From Candidatus Micrarchaeota archaeon (GTDB taxonomy: Archaea; Micrarchaeota; Micrarchaeia; Anstonellales; Bilamarchaeaceae): a stretch of 39,260 bases of DNA. The stretch covers positions 1-39,260 of the forward strand of contig JBDRIM010000022.1 of NCBI GenBank assembly GCA_043816005.1, written 5' to 3'. A model generated the notes under the pieces. That model was not told where the DNA came from. It saw nothing but the letters and a program-made list of their open reading frames with translations, and did no database searches. A program made the position numbers and the translations under genes. Positions 8,616 to 17,367 of this stretch are shown here, one piece after another. How positions within the stretch are numbered: the first letter of the stretch is position 1; every line of letters begins with the position of its first letter.

Positions 8616-10205
8616 TCATCCCTTATTTATTATAAATTTAGTCATGGAATTTATGAATGCGATGGTGATCATAAGTGCCAAAGCAGGCATAAAAAGCACC
8701 AACAGTGAAAGTGAAGCAATTCGTTGTAAAATCGGTATGAATTCTGCCATGGAAACTGCATTTAGAAGACCTTCTGAAACAATCTTCCCTAGTAAAGTAC
8801 CAAGAGTATTAAACCCGGGAATTTTAAAAAGTGGACTCGCAGCAGGATTAAAAAGATAACCAGCAGCACCATATTTGAATGGACCGCATAATGATTGAAT
8901 AAGTAATTTTGGACTTTTGTATGTTTCAGCGCCTATACTCTCGAATATTTGTCCATTAATAAGATAAACAGTTGGGAAAATGAACTGGAACCCAAAGGAT
9001 AATGATATAAGAAATGCACCCGCATCACGAGTGGGTGGGAAAAATCTTAGCACAAGACCAGCAGGTAGAACAAAGGACACCATAAGCCCGTCGATAAGAT
9101 GAAGTAGTGCTATTTGAACTGAAACAGTACCGTAAAAAGACACTAAAGTATAACTTAGAACATTCGCAACTGAAACAAATGTATCCACCCCTGGAAATAC
9201 TTTATAGGTCTGAGTAAGAACAAATTCTCCAGTTCTTCTACTGAAAGTTGATAGCATTGATGCGCAAGCCTGTATTTTGAAAATATCCATACTTGCCTTC
9301 AGTGCACTATCGGAAACCGTTGTATGCATGAAGGATATTGCAGCTTCTGGAGGCCCTGAAAAGTGAATAGAATCATATAAGTGAAGTTCATTAGATGATA
9401 CAACAGCTTCTCCAACTGCAAACATGCCAATGACAAAGATAATTAACACAAAAGAACTCATAAGATGAGAGAGTTCAATGTTGAGATAGGCCTCCCATTC
9501 TGGAATTTTAAAGACTCTTGAAATTAGATAGGTGACTAGTATGATTATTGAAACAAGAAGGGCAATATCAACAAGCAGTGCACCATAGAAACCAAGATCA
9601 ACGCCACCTGCCAGAGGTTGATTAAATAAATCAGTTTGAAATGGGATTATTATATTGAAGATGATAATGTAGATCGCTGCGGCTAGTATTGAACCTGCAA
9701 GAATATTATTTGCCCATGTTGTGGCTCGTGCACGCGTCTCGGAACCAAACATCTGACCAACAACATATGCTGCTGCAGCCAACACCATCATTGCCGCTAT
9801 CAGAAGCCCTAATCCAGATTGTGCAATATTTAGGATTTCATTGATTTTTCCATGGCCAAGAAATGGATCATAAAGATCAAAACCCAATAATGTACCGGAA
9901 AAAAATCCCGGGAGTACTGCAACGAAAAGGAAGATAATGATTGCAACTATACCAACAGCAACAAGCATACTTTGTGCCCACACGCTTGCTTTTGCTCTTA
10001 TTTCAGAACCGAAAAGCTGACCAGCGACATATGCTGCCGCTGCGAGGATTACCATAGCTAGCATAAGTGGAGCCATTAAAGTTAGAATGAAAATAGCTTG
10101 ATCAGGAACAGCAACTGCTGGATCCTGAGGAAGTTGATTGAAGAATACACCTGAACTGGCCAATGATAGTGAAATTACAAATAAAAGAAAAATTAATTTT
10201 TTCAT
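8616..10205 (-). CDS. Polytopic membrane protein with signal peptide and two extra N-terminal pilin-like repeats, paralog 2 of 6
   Basis: Repeats AAAAYVAGQLFGSEIRAKASVWA / AAAAYVVGQMFGSETRARATTWA; PEWEAYLNIEL; LRFFPPTRDAGAFLIS..QFIFP. Confidence 0.75.
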   Translation of the reverse strand: MKKLIFLLFVISLSLASSGVFFNQLPQDPAVAVPDQAIFILTLMAPLMLAMVILAAAAYVAGQLFGSEIRAKASVWAQSMLVAVGIVAIIIFLFVAVLPGFFSGTLLGFDLYDPFLGHGKINEILNIAQSGLGLLIAAMMVLAAAAYVVGQMFGSETRARATTWANNILAGSILAAAIYIIIFNIIIPFQTDLFNQPLAGGVDLGFYGALLVDIALLVSIIILVTYLISRVFKIPEWEAYLNIELSHLMSSFVLIIFVIGMFAVGEAVVSSNELHLYDSIHFSGPPEAAISFMHTTVSDSALKASMDIFKIQACASMLSTFSRRTGEFVLTQTYKVFPGVDTFVSVANVLSYTLVSFYGTVSVQIALLHLIDGLMVSFVLPAGLVLRFFPPTRDAGAFLISLSFGFQFIFPTVYLINGQIFESIGAETYKSPKLLIQSLCGPFKYGAAGYLFNPAASPLFKIPGFNTLGTLLGKIVSEGLLNAVSMAEFIPILQRIASLSLLVLFMPALALMITIAFINSMTKFIINKG

Positions 10206-10206
10206 C

Positions 10207-11529
10207 TTAGACTACCTTTGTTAATCCGATAAGTTCAGCTTCTCCGCCGATCATGAGCGCAACGCTTCTGTATGCTGTAACAGTAATAATAATTTCCAAA
10301 ATCGTTGTGAGAGTAATGAGTATTATGAAAGGACTCACAGTAGTAACTTCTTTTATGAGGAAAAAGAAAAGACCTGCAGATGCACTTGCTGGCATGACCG
10401 GGTTATTGAATCCAGTCCAGAAAAAGTCCCCTGCCATTCCAACCATGAAACTCCAAATTGAGAAAACAGTACTAAGAAATCCGCCAACAACAGTGAACGC
10501 GCCTTTTACGAGATTAGAAATACTACAAAACATACGAACGATAAAATTTCCAGAACATGGTGCAGAAGCACCCGAAGTAGAAATATCAACAACACTAGGA
10601 GCATTAAATTCTTCGAATAGGTGTTGAGTTGCTTCGCCCTCTCCAGCATTTGTAACATCGCTTTGCCAATCACTAGCGCTTTTCGTTGTGTGCATTGCAG
10701 TTGCTGACGATGGATTGTATGTGAAATCAGCTGGTTGGTAAATGTCAAATATCATGTAATTAGACAAAAGAACCGCAAATGGAAATGCAAAATAAAGAGC
10801 AAATGCTATTGCAATAACACTTGAGCCAGTCTTTTTAAAGAATGGAAATGCGCGTATGATGAGACCAAGAGGAAATAATAATAGTGGTACTATATCTCTG
10901 GCAAAAAGCAACATAAATTCCTTACCCCATATAAGTGTAAGAAGATACCCGATCGCCTCGACAACAACTGTGTGTGCAGTACTAAGCATGCTCAAACCAG
11001 TAAATGGAGCTAGTGAGATGGAAATAATGTTCACGGCAGGGATTGGAGAACCGATTGGGAAACTGATCGTAGATAAGAAACCAATTAAGGCTTCGAAAAG
11101 ATAAAGGTCCATATATTGAGCTTTTAGTTTTTGTTCAAGAATACCCAACGAGGCTATTGAAAGAGAAATATGACTTGTAGTGAGGCCATTCAACACACAA
11201 TTAGGAGCAGCAGAGTTGAGATTATTAGCGTTGAGACAAGAATCAGGACTTGCGGATGCTAACGCTGCGGGTGGTATCGACGCAAGTAATAGTCCTGAAA
11301 CAGCAGTATTTAATATAGCATCAAAACTTAGCCAGAAAAAGATTATCATCATAGTGAAAACTAAGGTTGCAAGTTCCTCTCTTGCAACTGCAATCATCTG
11401 AGGATTATTAAGTGAATACCCGATTATAAATAATGAACTGACAACACAAATTGTAAATCCCAATGCAAGAGCTATCAATGTTCCTGCAGCAGGAGGTAAG
11501 GTTATCAGTAGTGGCAGCAGAACCTCCAT
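10207..11529 (-). CDS. Polytopic membrane protein, paralog 1 of 6 (CedA/VirB6-like, tentative)
   Basis: NPQMIAVAREELA, IRAFPFFKKTGSSVIA..LYFAFP, C-terminal IGGEAELIGLTKVV. Confidence 0.75.
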   Translation of the reverse strand: MEVLLPLLITLPPAAGTLIALALGFTICVVSSLFIIGYSLNNPQMIAVAREELATLVFTMMIIFFWLSFDAILNTAVSGLLLASIPPAALASASPDSCLNANNLNSAAPNCVLNGLTTSHISLSIASLGILEQKLKAQYMDLYLFEALIGFLSTISFPIGSPIPAVNIISISLAPFTGLSMLSTAHTVVVEAIGYLLTLIWGKEFMLLFARDIVPLLLFPLGLIIRAFPFFKKTGSSVIAIAFALYFAFPFAVLLSNYMIFDIYQPADFTYNPSSATAMHTTKSASDWQSDVTNAGEGEATQHLFEEFNAPSVVDISTSGASAPCSGNFIVRMFCSISNLVKGAFTVVGGFLSTVFSIWSFMVGMAGDFFWTGFNNPVMPASASAGLFFFLIKEVTTVSPFIILITLTTILEIIITVTAYRSVALMIGGEAELIGLTKVV

Positions 11530-11604
11530 AAGATTAATATTCTCTAACGGCTTTTTAATAGCTATTGCTAGTAAAATTTCTACTACTGTTTATGGGATGA
11601 TAAA

Positions 11605-12897
11605 ATGTACAGAACACATTATATAAAAAATGCAAAAAAAATACATGGAACAACAATAAAAATAGCTGGTTGGGTCCATGATTTTAGAGATTTGGGAAAA
11701 TTAAAATTTGTATTAGTTAGAGATATAACAGGCATAATTCAAGTGATATTAAAAAAAGGAGTAGTAAGTGAAGAAATCCTGGAAGCAGTAAAACTAAATA
11801 AAGAGGACGTAGTTGCATTTGAAGGACAAATTAAAGAGAATAAAACAGCCCCAGATGGAGTTGAATTGGTACCTACTGGATTTGAATACTTGAATAAGGT
11901 TGAACTTAAATTGCCTGTAGATCCTACTGGTGTAGTGCCTTCTGAAATAGATACAAGACTCGATTATAGGTATTTAGATTTGCGAAGAAAAGAATCTACC
12001 TTGATATTCAAGACCAGATCAGTCGCAGTAAAAGCATTTCGTGAAGTTTTAAGCAACCTGGATTTTCTTGAGATTCATCCTTCTGCCATAACAGGAGCAG
12101 CAACAGAAGGAGGTGCAGATGTTTTTCCTCTACAGTATTTTGAAAATAAAGCCTATCTTGTCCAATCACCGCAGCTTCATAAACAACTAGCAGTGATAGG
12201 TGGTTTTGACAAAGTAATGATGACAGTTCCCGTCTTCAGAGCAGAAAAGCACAATACAACGAGCCATCTTAATGAAATAACTCAAATGGATATAGAAATG
12301 GGTTTTGCAGATCATAACGATGCAATGGATGTTCTGGAAACAACAACTTTACATATTCTAAAAAGCGTAAAAAGCGAAGTCGGTGATGAGATTGCCAAAC
12401 TTTGGGGGGAAGTTATTATACCGGAAAAAATACCAAGATACACTTACACAGATCTTGTTAGCAAACTAAATGATAGTGGTTTTGAGATGAAACACGGATG
12501 GGACTTCACAAAAGAAGCAGAGAAAAAACTGCATGATATTCTTAGAGATGAAATTTACTTTATTTACGATTGGCCAACTGAAGTCAGGGCATTTTATTCT
12601 ATGCCAGATGAAAAGAATCCTAAAATATGCCATGCATTTGATTTGATGTATCGCGGTTTAGAAATTTCAAGCGGCGCAAAGAGAATTCATATTCCGGCGA
12701 TTCTTGAACAACAGCTTCGCAGTAGGGAACTTGATCCTATTGATTTTGAATTTTACATAAATGCTTTCAGGATGGGAGCGCCGCCACATGCTGGTTGGAG
12801 TATTGGACTGGACAGATTAGTAATGAAAATTTGCCAGCAGGAAAACATTCGAGAATGTACAATGTTCCCAAGAGATAGGATGAGATTAATGCCATAG
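11605..12897 (+). CDS. aspS: Aspartate--tRNA(Asp/Asn) ligase, archaeal non-discriminating type
   Basis: MYRTHY, GWVHDFRDLG, ATEGGA, QSPQLHKQ, FRAEKHNT, GAPPHAGWSIGLDR, FPRD; His26 and the KTAP proline typical of ND enzymes. Confidence 0.95.
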   Translation: MYRTHYIKNAKKIHGTTIKIAGWVHDFRDLGKLKFVLVRDITGIIQVILKKGVVSEEILEAVKLNKEDVVAFEGQIKENKTAPDGVELVPTGFEYLNKVELKLPVDPTGVVPSEIDTRLDYRYLDLRRKESTLIFKTRSVAVKAFREVLSNLDFLEIHPSAITGAATEGGADVFPLQYFENKAYLVQSPQLHKQLAVIGGFDKVMMTVPVFRAEKHNTTSHLNEITQMDIEMGFADHNDAMDVLETTTLHILKSVKSEVGDEIAKLWGEVIIPEKIPRYTYTDLVSKLNDSGFEMKHGWDFTKEAEKKLHDILRDEIYFIYDWPTEVRAFYSMPDEKNPKICHAFDLMYRGLEISSGAKRIHIPAILEQQLRSRELDPIDFEFYINAFRMGAPPHAGWSIGLDRLVMKICQQENIRECTMFPRDRMRLMP

Positions 12898-12987
12898 TTT
12901 TTTGTTGATGACTCGCTTTCATCTCGTGAACGGATGCAACAAACAAATGCTCGCGAAACCGAAATAGAACAGGAAAATGGTGGAAAC

Positions 12988-13548
12988 ATGACAAATGTAT
13001 TCATTATCCATGGAACCGGTGGCCACCCACAGGAAAATTGGTTTTCGTGGCTCAAAACAGAACTGACAAAACTTGGCTATAATGTTATTATTCCGCAATT
13101 TCCAACACCGGAAAATCAAACACCAAAAACTTGGTTTGACGTCTTTGATAGATACAAAAAAGACTTCGATAAAGAAACAATTTTGATTGCGCATAGTTTG
13201 GGTGGGGCATTTGCACTTCGAATTTTGGAAAAAAGTAATATAAAAATAAACGCCACTTTTCTCGTAGCAACACCAATTGGGATTAGACCAATAAAAAACT
13301 GGGATGGAGATCAGCCATTTATTGGAAATAAATTTGATTGGTCAAAAATTAAAAAGAATGGAGGAAAATTTGTTGTTTTTCATTCAGAAGATGATCAGAT
13401 GGTTTGTGTTGAAAATGGGATTGAATTAGCAAAAGAATTAGGCGCTGAAATTTTTATTGAAAAAAATGCTGGTCATTTTAATGCTAAAGCAGGATATACG
13501 AAATTTGAATTGCTTCTTGAAAAGATAAAACAATGTCACCCTGTGTGA
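12988..13548 (+). CDS. RBBP9/YdeN family alpha/beta serine hydrolase
   Basis: FIIHG...NWFSWL, AHSLGG nucleophile elbow, HSEDD, AGHF; start moved to ATG 12988 where homology begins. Confidence 0.85.
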   Translation: MTNVFIIHGTGGHPQENWFSWLKTELTKLGYNVIIPQFPTPENQTPKTWFDVFDRYKKDFDKETILIAHSLGGAFALRILEKSNIKINATFLVATPIGIRPIKNWDGDQPFIGNKFDWSKIKKNGGKFVVFHSEDDQMVCVENGIELAKELGAEIFIEKNAGHFNAKAGYTKFELLLEKIKQCHPV

Positions 13549-13732
13549 AGCGAGGTATATGCCAATAGACATCAAAACTCCTGCATATTTTACAATTTAT
13601 AAGGATACAGTAATTATAACCACTGTTTCGTCAGATCCACTTTGTATAGAAATTGTTAGCCAAGAACTTGCAGATGCTTTCAAAAAATATTTTGAAGAAT
13701 TCTGGAAAAAATCTAGACAGTTTAGTGAGTAA
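13529..13732 (+). pseudogene. 3' remnant of a TrmB-like transcriptional regulator (C-terminal effector domain only)
   Basis: Not in ORF track; reads LCEARYMPIDIKTPAYFTIYKDTVII...PLCIEIVSQELADAFKKYFEEFWKKS*; in-frame stop at 13526-13528, no HTH region. Confidence 0.6.
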
Positions 13733-13810
13733 TATAGAATTAACTGAAGAAACTTAATAACAAACAAAACGCAAGCAATGTTTTTAATTTAAACTACGTT
13801 CAATCTACTT

Positions 13811-14533
13811 ATGACAATTCTAGTTACTAATGATGATGGCCACTCAGAAGGTTTGGAGATGCTTTTTGAAGTTGCAACCAAATTTGATAAAACTTATGCA
13901 ATTATTCCAAACAGACAGCGAAGTGCAGTTTCTGGTGCATTAACTATGCACAAACCAATTCGCTTGCATAAGATAAAAGAAAATATCCATTCGATAAATG
14001 GAACCCCCTCTGATTGTGTTCTTTTTTCGCTATTTTCAAATGAGTTCCCAAAACCAGATCTTATTTTATCGGGAATAAACTGGGGGGACAATGCAGGTAT
14101 CGACTGTTTACTTGGTTCTGGAACAATTGCAGCGTGTTGGCAGGCAGCATTAGAAGGGATACCTGCCATAGCATTTTCAATGGCAAAAAAAGAAAGAGAC
14201 TGGAGAAAAGAAGGATGGGGTGACCGTGAAAAAATAACAGACACAGTGGAAAAAATAATCAAAACATTGAAACCAAATCTTAAGCCAGAAATGTTCTATA
14301 ATGTCAACCTACCTAGAGATCTTGAAAATGCAAAAATAGTTTACATGCAAAAAATGCAGCGAGATAGGTTTGGCGTTAAGATAGAAAAAAGATCAGATCC
14401 ATACGGCCATCCTTATTATTGGATAAGTGGGGTTTTGAATAAAACTGAAGAAGGAACAGATGTGAATGAAATCATAGAAAAAAATAACATAGTAATAACT
14501 GAAATTTCTCTCTCAGTTTTTGAGGGCCGCTAA
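13811..14533 (+). CDS. surE: 5'/3'-nucleotidase SurE
   Basis: ILVTNDDG, GTPSDCV, SGINWGDN, SGT, NVNLP, DPYG..YYW. Confidence 0.95.
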   Translation: MTILVTNDDGHSEGLEMLFEVATKFDKTYAIIPNRQRSAVSGALTMHKPIRLHKIKENIHSINGTPSDCVLFSLFSNEFPKPDLILSGINWGDNAGIDCLLGSGTIAACWQAALEGIPAIAFSMAKKERDWRKEGWGDREKITDTVEKIIKTLKPNLKPEMFYNVNLPRDLENAKIVYMQKMQRDRFGVKIEKRSDPYGHPYYWISGVLNKTEEGTDVNEIIEKNNIVITEISLSVFEGR

Positions 14534-15378
14534 CAGATTTTAGAATAAAATTGGTAATCTTCTTTCAGACCTTTTAGAAGGGGAGTAAACTTTACTCCGA
14601 GTGATTTTAGCTTTTTGTTGCTGCATAAAAAAGTCTCATTAGCAAATGGAAATTCGCGCTCATCAAAATTCTCTCCGTCAGTATTCAGATTGAATTTGAG
14701 TGATGGTTTTTGACCGACAATTTTGCCCATTTCCATCACCAGATCATGCAAACTAATTTTCTCATCACCAACACAATTGTAGTTGCCGGTGACTTTGTTC
14801 TCAGCTATAAGTGCAATTGAATTTGCTACATCTTTAGCAAAAACGAATTGGATCATTGCCTGACCATTGCCAGGAAGAATTAGAGGTTGATTTGATTTTA
14901 TTCTCGAATAGATGAAACGTTCTCGATCGCAATAGTTATCAGACCCGAGAATATATACTGGACGAATAGTTGCAAAGTTAATGCCGCTTTTACTCAGAAT
15001 CTGTTCGCATTCAACCTTGCCTTTATTGTAATCACCCCAAAGTGGCCAGATTCCAAGAGGTGAATCCTCAGTTAATGGAAATTGATTTGTTTTTTTGTAT
15101 ACTGCAGCAGTACTAAAATGAATAAAAAAATCAAAATCAATTTGCTCTAACGCAGTTCTAGTTTGAATGCCGTTATATGCGCACATGTCAATGACAATAT
15201 CAAAATGTTCATCTATAGAAAAACCATTGTTCCTATCACCTTTGATAAATGTGAGGTTTTCATAAGCCGAACGAATGAGACCACGATTGAACAATGTAAT
15301 ATTGTAATTTTTGGCAAGCAACTGAATGACAAGTAGGGGGCCTACAAAGCGAGAACCACCAATAACCAAAATGTTCAT
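14530..15378 (-). CDS. NAD-dependent epimerase/dehydratase (atypical SDR)
   Basis: ILVIGGSRFVG Rossmann motif, FNRG, STAAVY, YNKGK, IRPVYILG. Confidence 0.85.
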   Translation of the reverse strand: MNILVIGGSRFVGPLLVIQLLAKNYNITLFNRGLIRSAYENLTFIKGDRNNGFSIDEHFDIVIDMCAYNGIQTRTALEQIDFDFFIHFSTAAVYKKTNQFPLTEDSPLGIWPLWGDYNKGKVECEQILSKSGINFATIRPVYILGSDNYCDRERFIYSRIKSNQPLILPGNGQAMIQFVFAKDVANSIALIAENKVTGNYNCVGDEKISLHDLVMEMGKIVGQKPSLKFNLNTDGENFDEREFPFANETFLCSNKKLKSLGVKFTPLLKGLKEDYQFYSKIC

Positions 15379-15416
15379 AACATTAATAGTATAAGAAGCG
15401 TTATATTTTTTGTGAA

Positions 15417-15851
15417 TTATAGCATGGTTCGTCTTGTTCTTACGTGAACTGTTGCATTGAATTTTTTCTTTAATAGTGTTTTTGCAGCTTTGATTCTTTC
15501 ACCATCCCTGCCAATTGCTATCCCACGATCTTTTTCTTCTATTGTAAGCATAACTGCCTTTTCTCCCATAATATCGCGGATTTCTATATCATAGATTTTA
15601 ATATTTCCAAAAAAGTTCCTGATAAAAATCTCAAGATCAGGACTGTCTGCAACAACTATGACGCGTTTTTTAAAAACATCTCCCAGTTTTTTGATGTTTA
15701 ATGCATTTTTACCTATTGCTTTACCTAAAAATTCCTGTCCAACAAGAAACAGTATCGATGTTGTTGTAGTTAAATAATCAGATGGCATAACGTGAGTTAT
15801 CTTCTCAAAATTTGAAAACATACTTAGATCGTCTTCAGTTAATTCAACCAT
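15417..15851 (-). CDS. nusA: Archaeal NusA (KH-domain transcription factor)
   Basis: GKAIGKNA and GIAIGRDGERIK KH motifs; canonical position after L30e. Confidence 0.92.
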   Translation of the reverse strand: MVELTEDDLSMFSNFEKITHVMPSDYLTTTTSILFLVGQEFLGKAIGKNALNIKKLGDVFKKRVIVVADSPDLEIFIRNFFGNIKIYDIEIRDIMGEKAVMLTIEEKDRGIAIGRDGERIKAAKTLLKKKFNATVHVRTRRTML

Positions 15852-15888
15852 AAAAAATCACAATTTTTTAGAAAAATAACTTAAAAAA

Positions 15889-16293
15889 TTATTTTGCAAG
15901 GTCCAATATATTTGATGAGCCTTCCTTGTATACTGACAATACAGATACGGGGTAAGGTTTACCACAAACCGAACCCAGATCCATACTACTACCATCAAAA
16001 ACGATTATTGGAATCTCGGATTTCTTGGCGAAAATCTCAACCTTTTCTTTGATAGCTACGGGTAGATTATTTGCCATTATAAAAAGTTTTGCCTTTGCAT
16101 CATTGTTTGGTGATATGCTTGTGCGAGTACCAAACTCAACAGAACCGCTTTCAACTGCGAGTCTTATTGCTACTGTGATAGGATTTTCTCTTTCTTTCTT
16201 TGTTTTCCTTCTTCTGACTAGCTTTTTTACTTTTATTTTTTTTGTTACTTTTTCTTCAACTTCTTCTTGAACGTTTTCAACTTCTTCAGCCAT
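15889..16293 (-). CDS. rpl30e: 50S ribosomal protein L30e with charged N-terminal extension
   Basis: AVESGSVEFG, SSMDLGSVCGKPYPVS..GSSNIL; ATG at 16293 preceded by GGTGA. Confidence 0.9.
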   Translation of the reverse strand: MAEEVENVQEEVEEKVTKKIKVKKLVRRRKTKKERENPITVAIRLAVESGSVEFGTRTSISPNNDAKAKLFIMANNLPVAIKEKVEIFAKKSEIPIIVFDGSSMDLGSVCGKPYPVSVLSVYKEGSSNILDLAK

Positions 16294-16298
16294 TAAAT

Positions 16299-17357
16299 TC
16301 ACCTTTTCTTAGTATGTTTCATTGCAAGTCGGATTTTTCCCGTACCAACAGGCACAGTTTGACCAACAATGATATTTTCGGTAACTCCGATAAGTTTTTC
16401 TTCTTCTGAAAATGCACTGGCATTAATAAGATGCTTTATTGTTTCTTCAAAAGCAGCTCTTCCCAATACACCAACTTTTTCACCAGATAACCCATGCCTA
16501 CCTATAGACTTGACAGATCCAGCATAGGTCATTGCATCAGCAATCAGCATGATATGTCTAATATCAACATAAAGTTTTTGCATATTCAATACTTCTGTTG
16601 TTTCCTTTATGATGGCTTTTCGTGCTGCTTCTATACCATAGACACGTTCTATTTCTTTTATGTTATTAGTATATATTTTCTTAGGATCAACTGCTGCATT
16701 CTCTGACGCACCGACAATGTTAAAACCACCTGCGCGTACGAAGTAATCTTCAGGTCCTTTGAGTACAACTGCTTTATGGATACCAATTACACCTCGAACT
16801 ATAGTATCACGGACTTTTTGAGTTAATTTTCTTACTGCTTTTGCAGTAAGTTTTTTCTCCTTCTTGTCTTTGTCTTTTTTCTCTTTTGTTTTAAGTTCCC
16901 GTACTGGTTTAAGCGTAATTGTCTGGTCATCTATCTTAATATCACCAGGCGAAGACTCAAATGCTTTCTTAACCATTGCAAAAGTAATTCCTTGGGACTT
17001 TCCGTCTTTATCGTTAAAGATAACTTTTATTGTAAGATTTTCAAGATCATCCTCAACCTCAGCAACATCTGAAACAAAAACACTGGAAAGTTCTTTTGCA
17101 ATTTTCTCAGCATCAGCCCTGCTCCTTGCATAAGATGATTTTAGGTGGATATCTATAATGGCTTTTTTTGGTTCTTTTTTTGCATCAACTATTTCAATCA
17201 GCCTTGGTAGACCAGTCGGTACGTGTTCTGCAACACCTGCATAGTGGAATGTACGCATCGTCATCTGCGTACCAGGTTCACCTATACTTTGTGCACAGAT
17301 AACACCCACGGCCTCATAAGCTGGAATTTTTAGAGTTTGTCTTTTTATTGATTTCAT
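16299..17357 (-). CDS. rpoA2: DNA-directed RNA polymerase subunit A'' (Rpo1C)
   Basis: [64 protein letters not shown] at 17357 after GGTGA (ORF-track start overlaps rpoA1). Confidence 0.95.
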   Translation of the reverse strand: MKSIKRQTLKIPAYEAVGVICAQSIGEPGTQMTMRTFHYAGVAEHVPTGLPRLIEIVDAKKEPKKAIIDIHLKSSYARSRADAEKIAKELSSVFVSDVAEVEDDLENLTIKVIFNDKDGKSQGITFAMVKKAFESSPGDIKIDDQTITLKPVRELKTKEKKDKDKKEKKLTAKAVRKLTQKVRDTIVRGVIGIHKAVVLKGPEDYFVRAGGFNIVGASENAAVDPKKIYTNNIKEIERVYGIEAARKAIIKETTEVLNMQKLYVDIRHIMLIADAMTYAGSVKSIGRHGLSGEKVGVLGRAAFEETIKHLINASAFSEEEKLIGVTENIIVGQTVPVGTGKIRLAMKHTKKR

Positions 17358-17367
17358 AATATTCACC

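Noticed and set aside
12900..12975. Weak inverted repeats after aspS and 18-aa ORF extension of the hydrolase
   Set aside because: Short imperfect stems compatible with a terminator region; the extension has no homology pattern
15379..15416. rpo operon not continuing into S12/S7
   Set aside because: Ordinary rearrangement; no other signal at the junction
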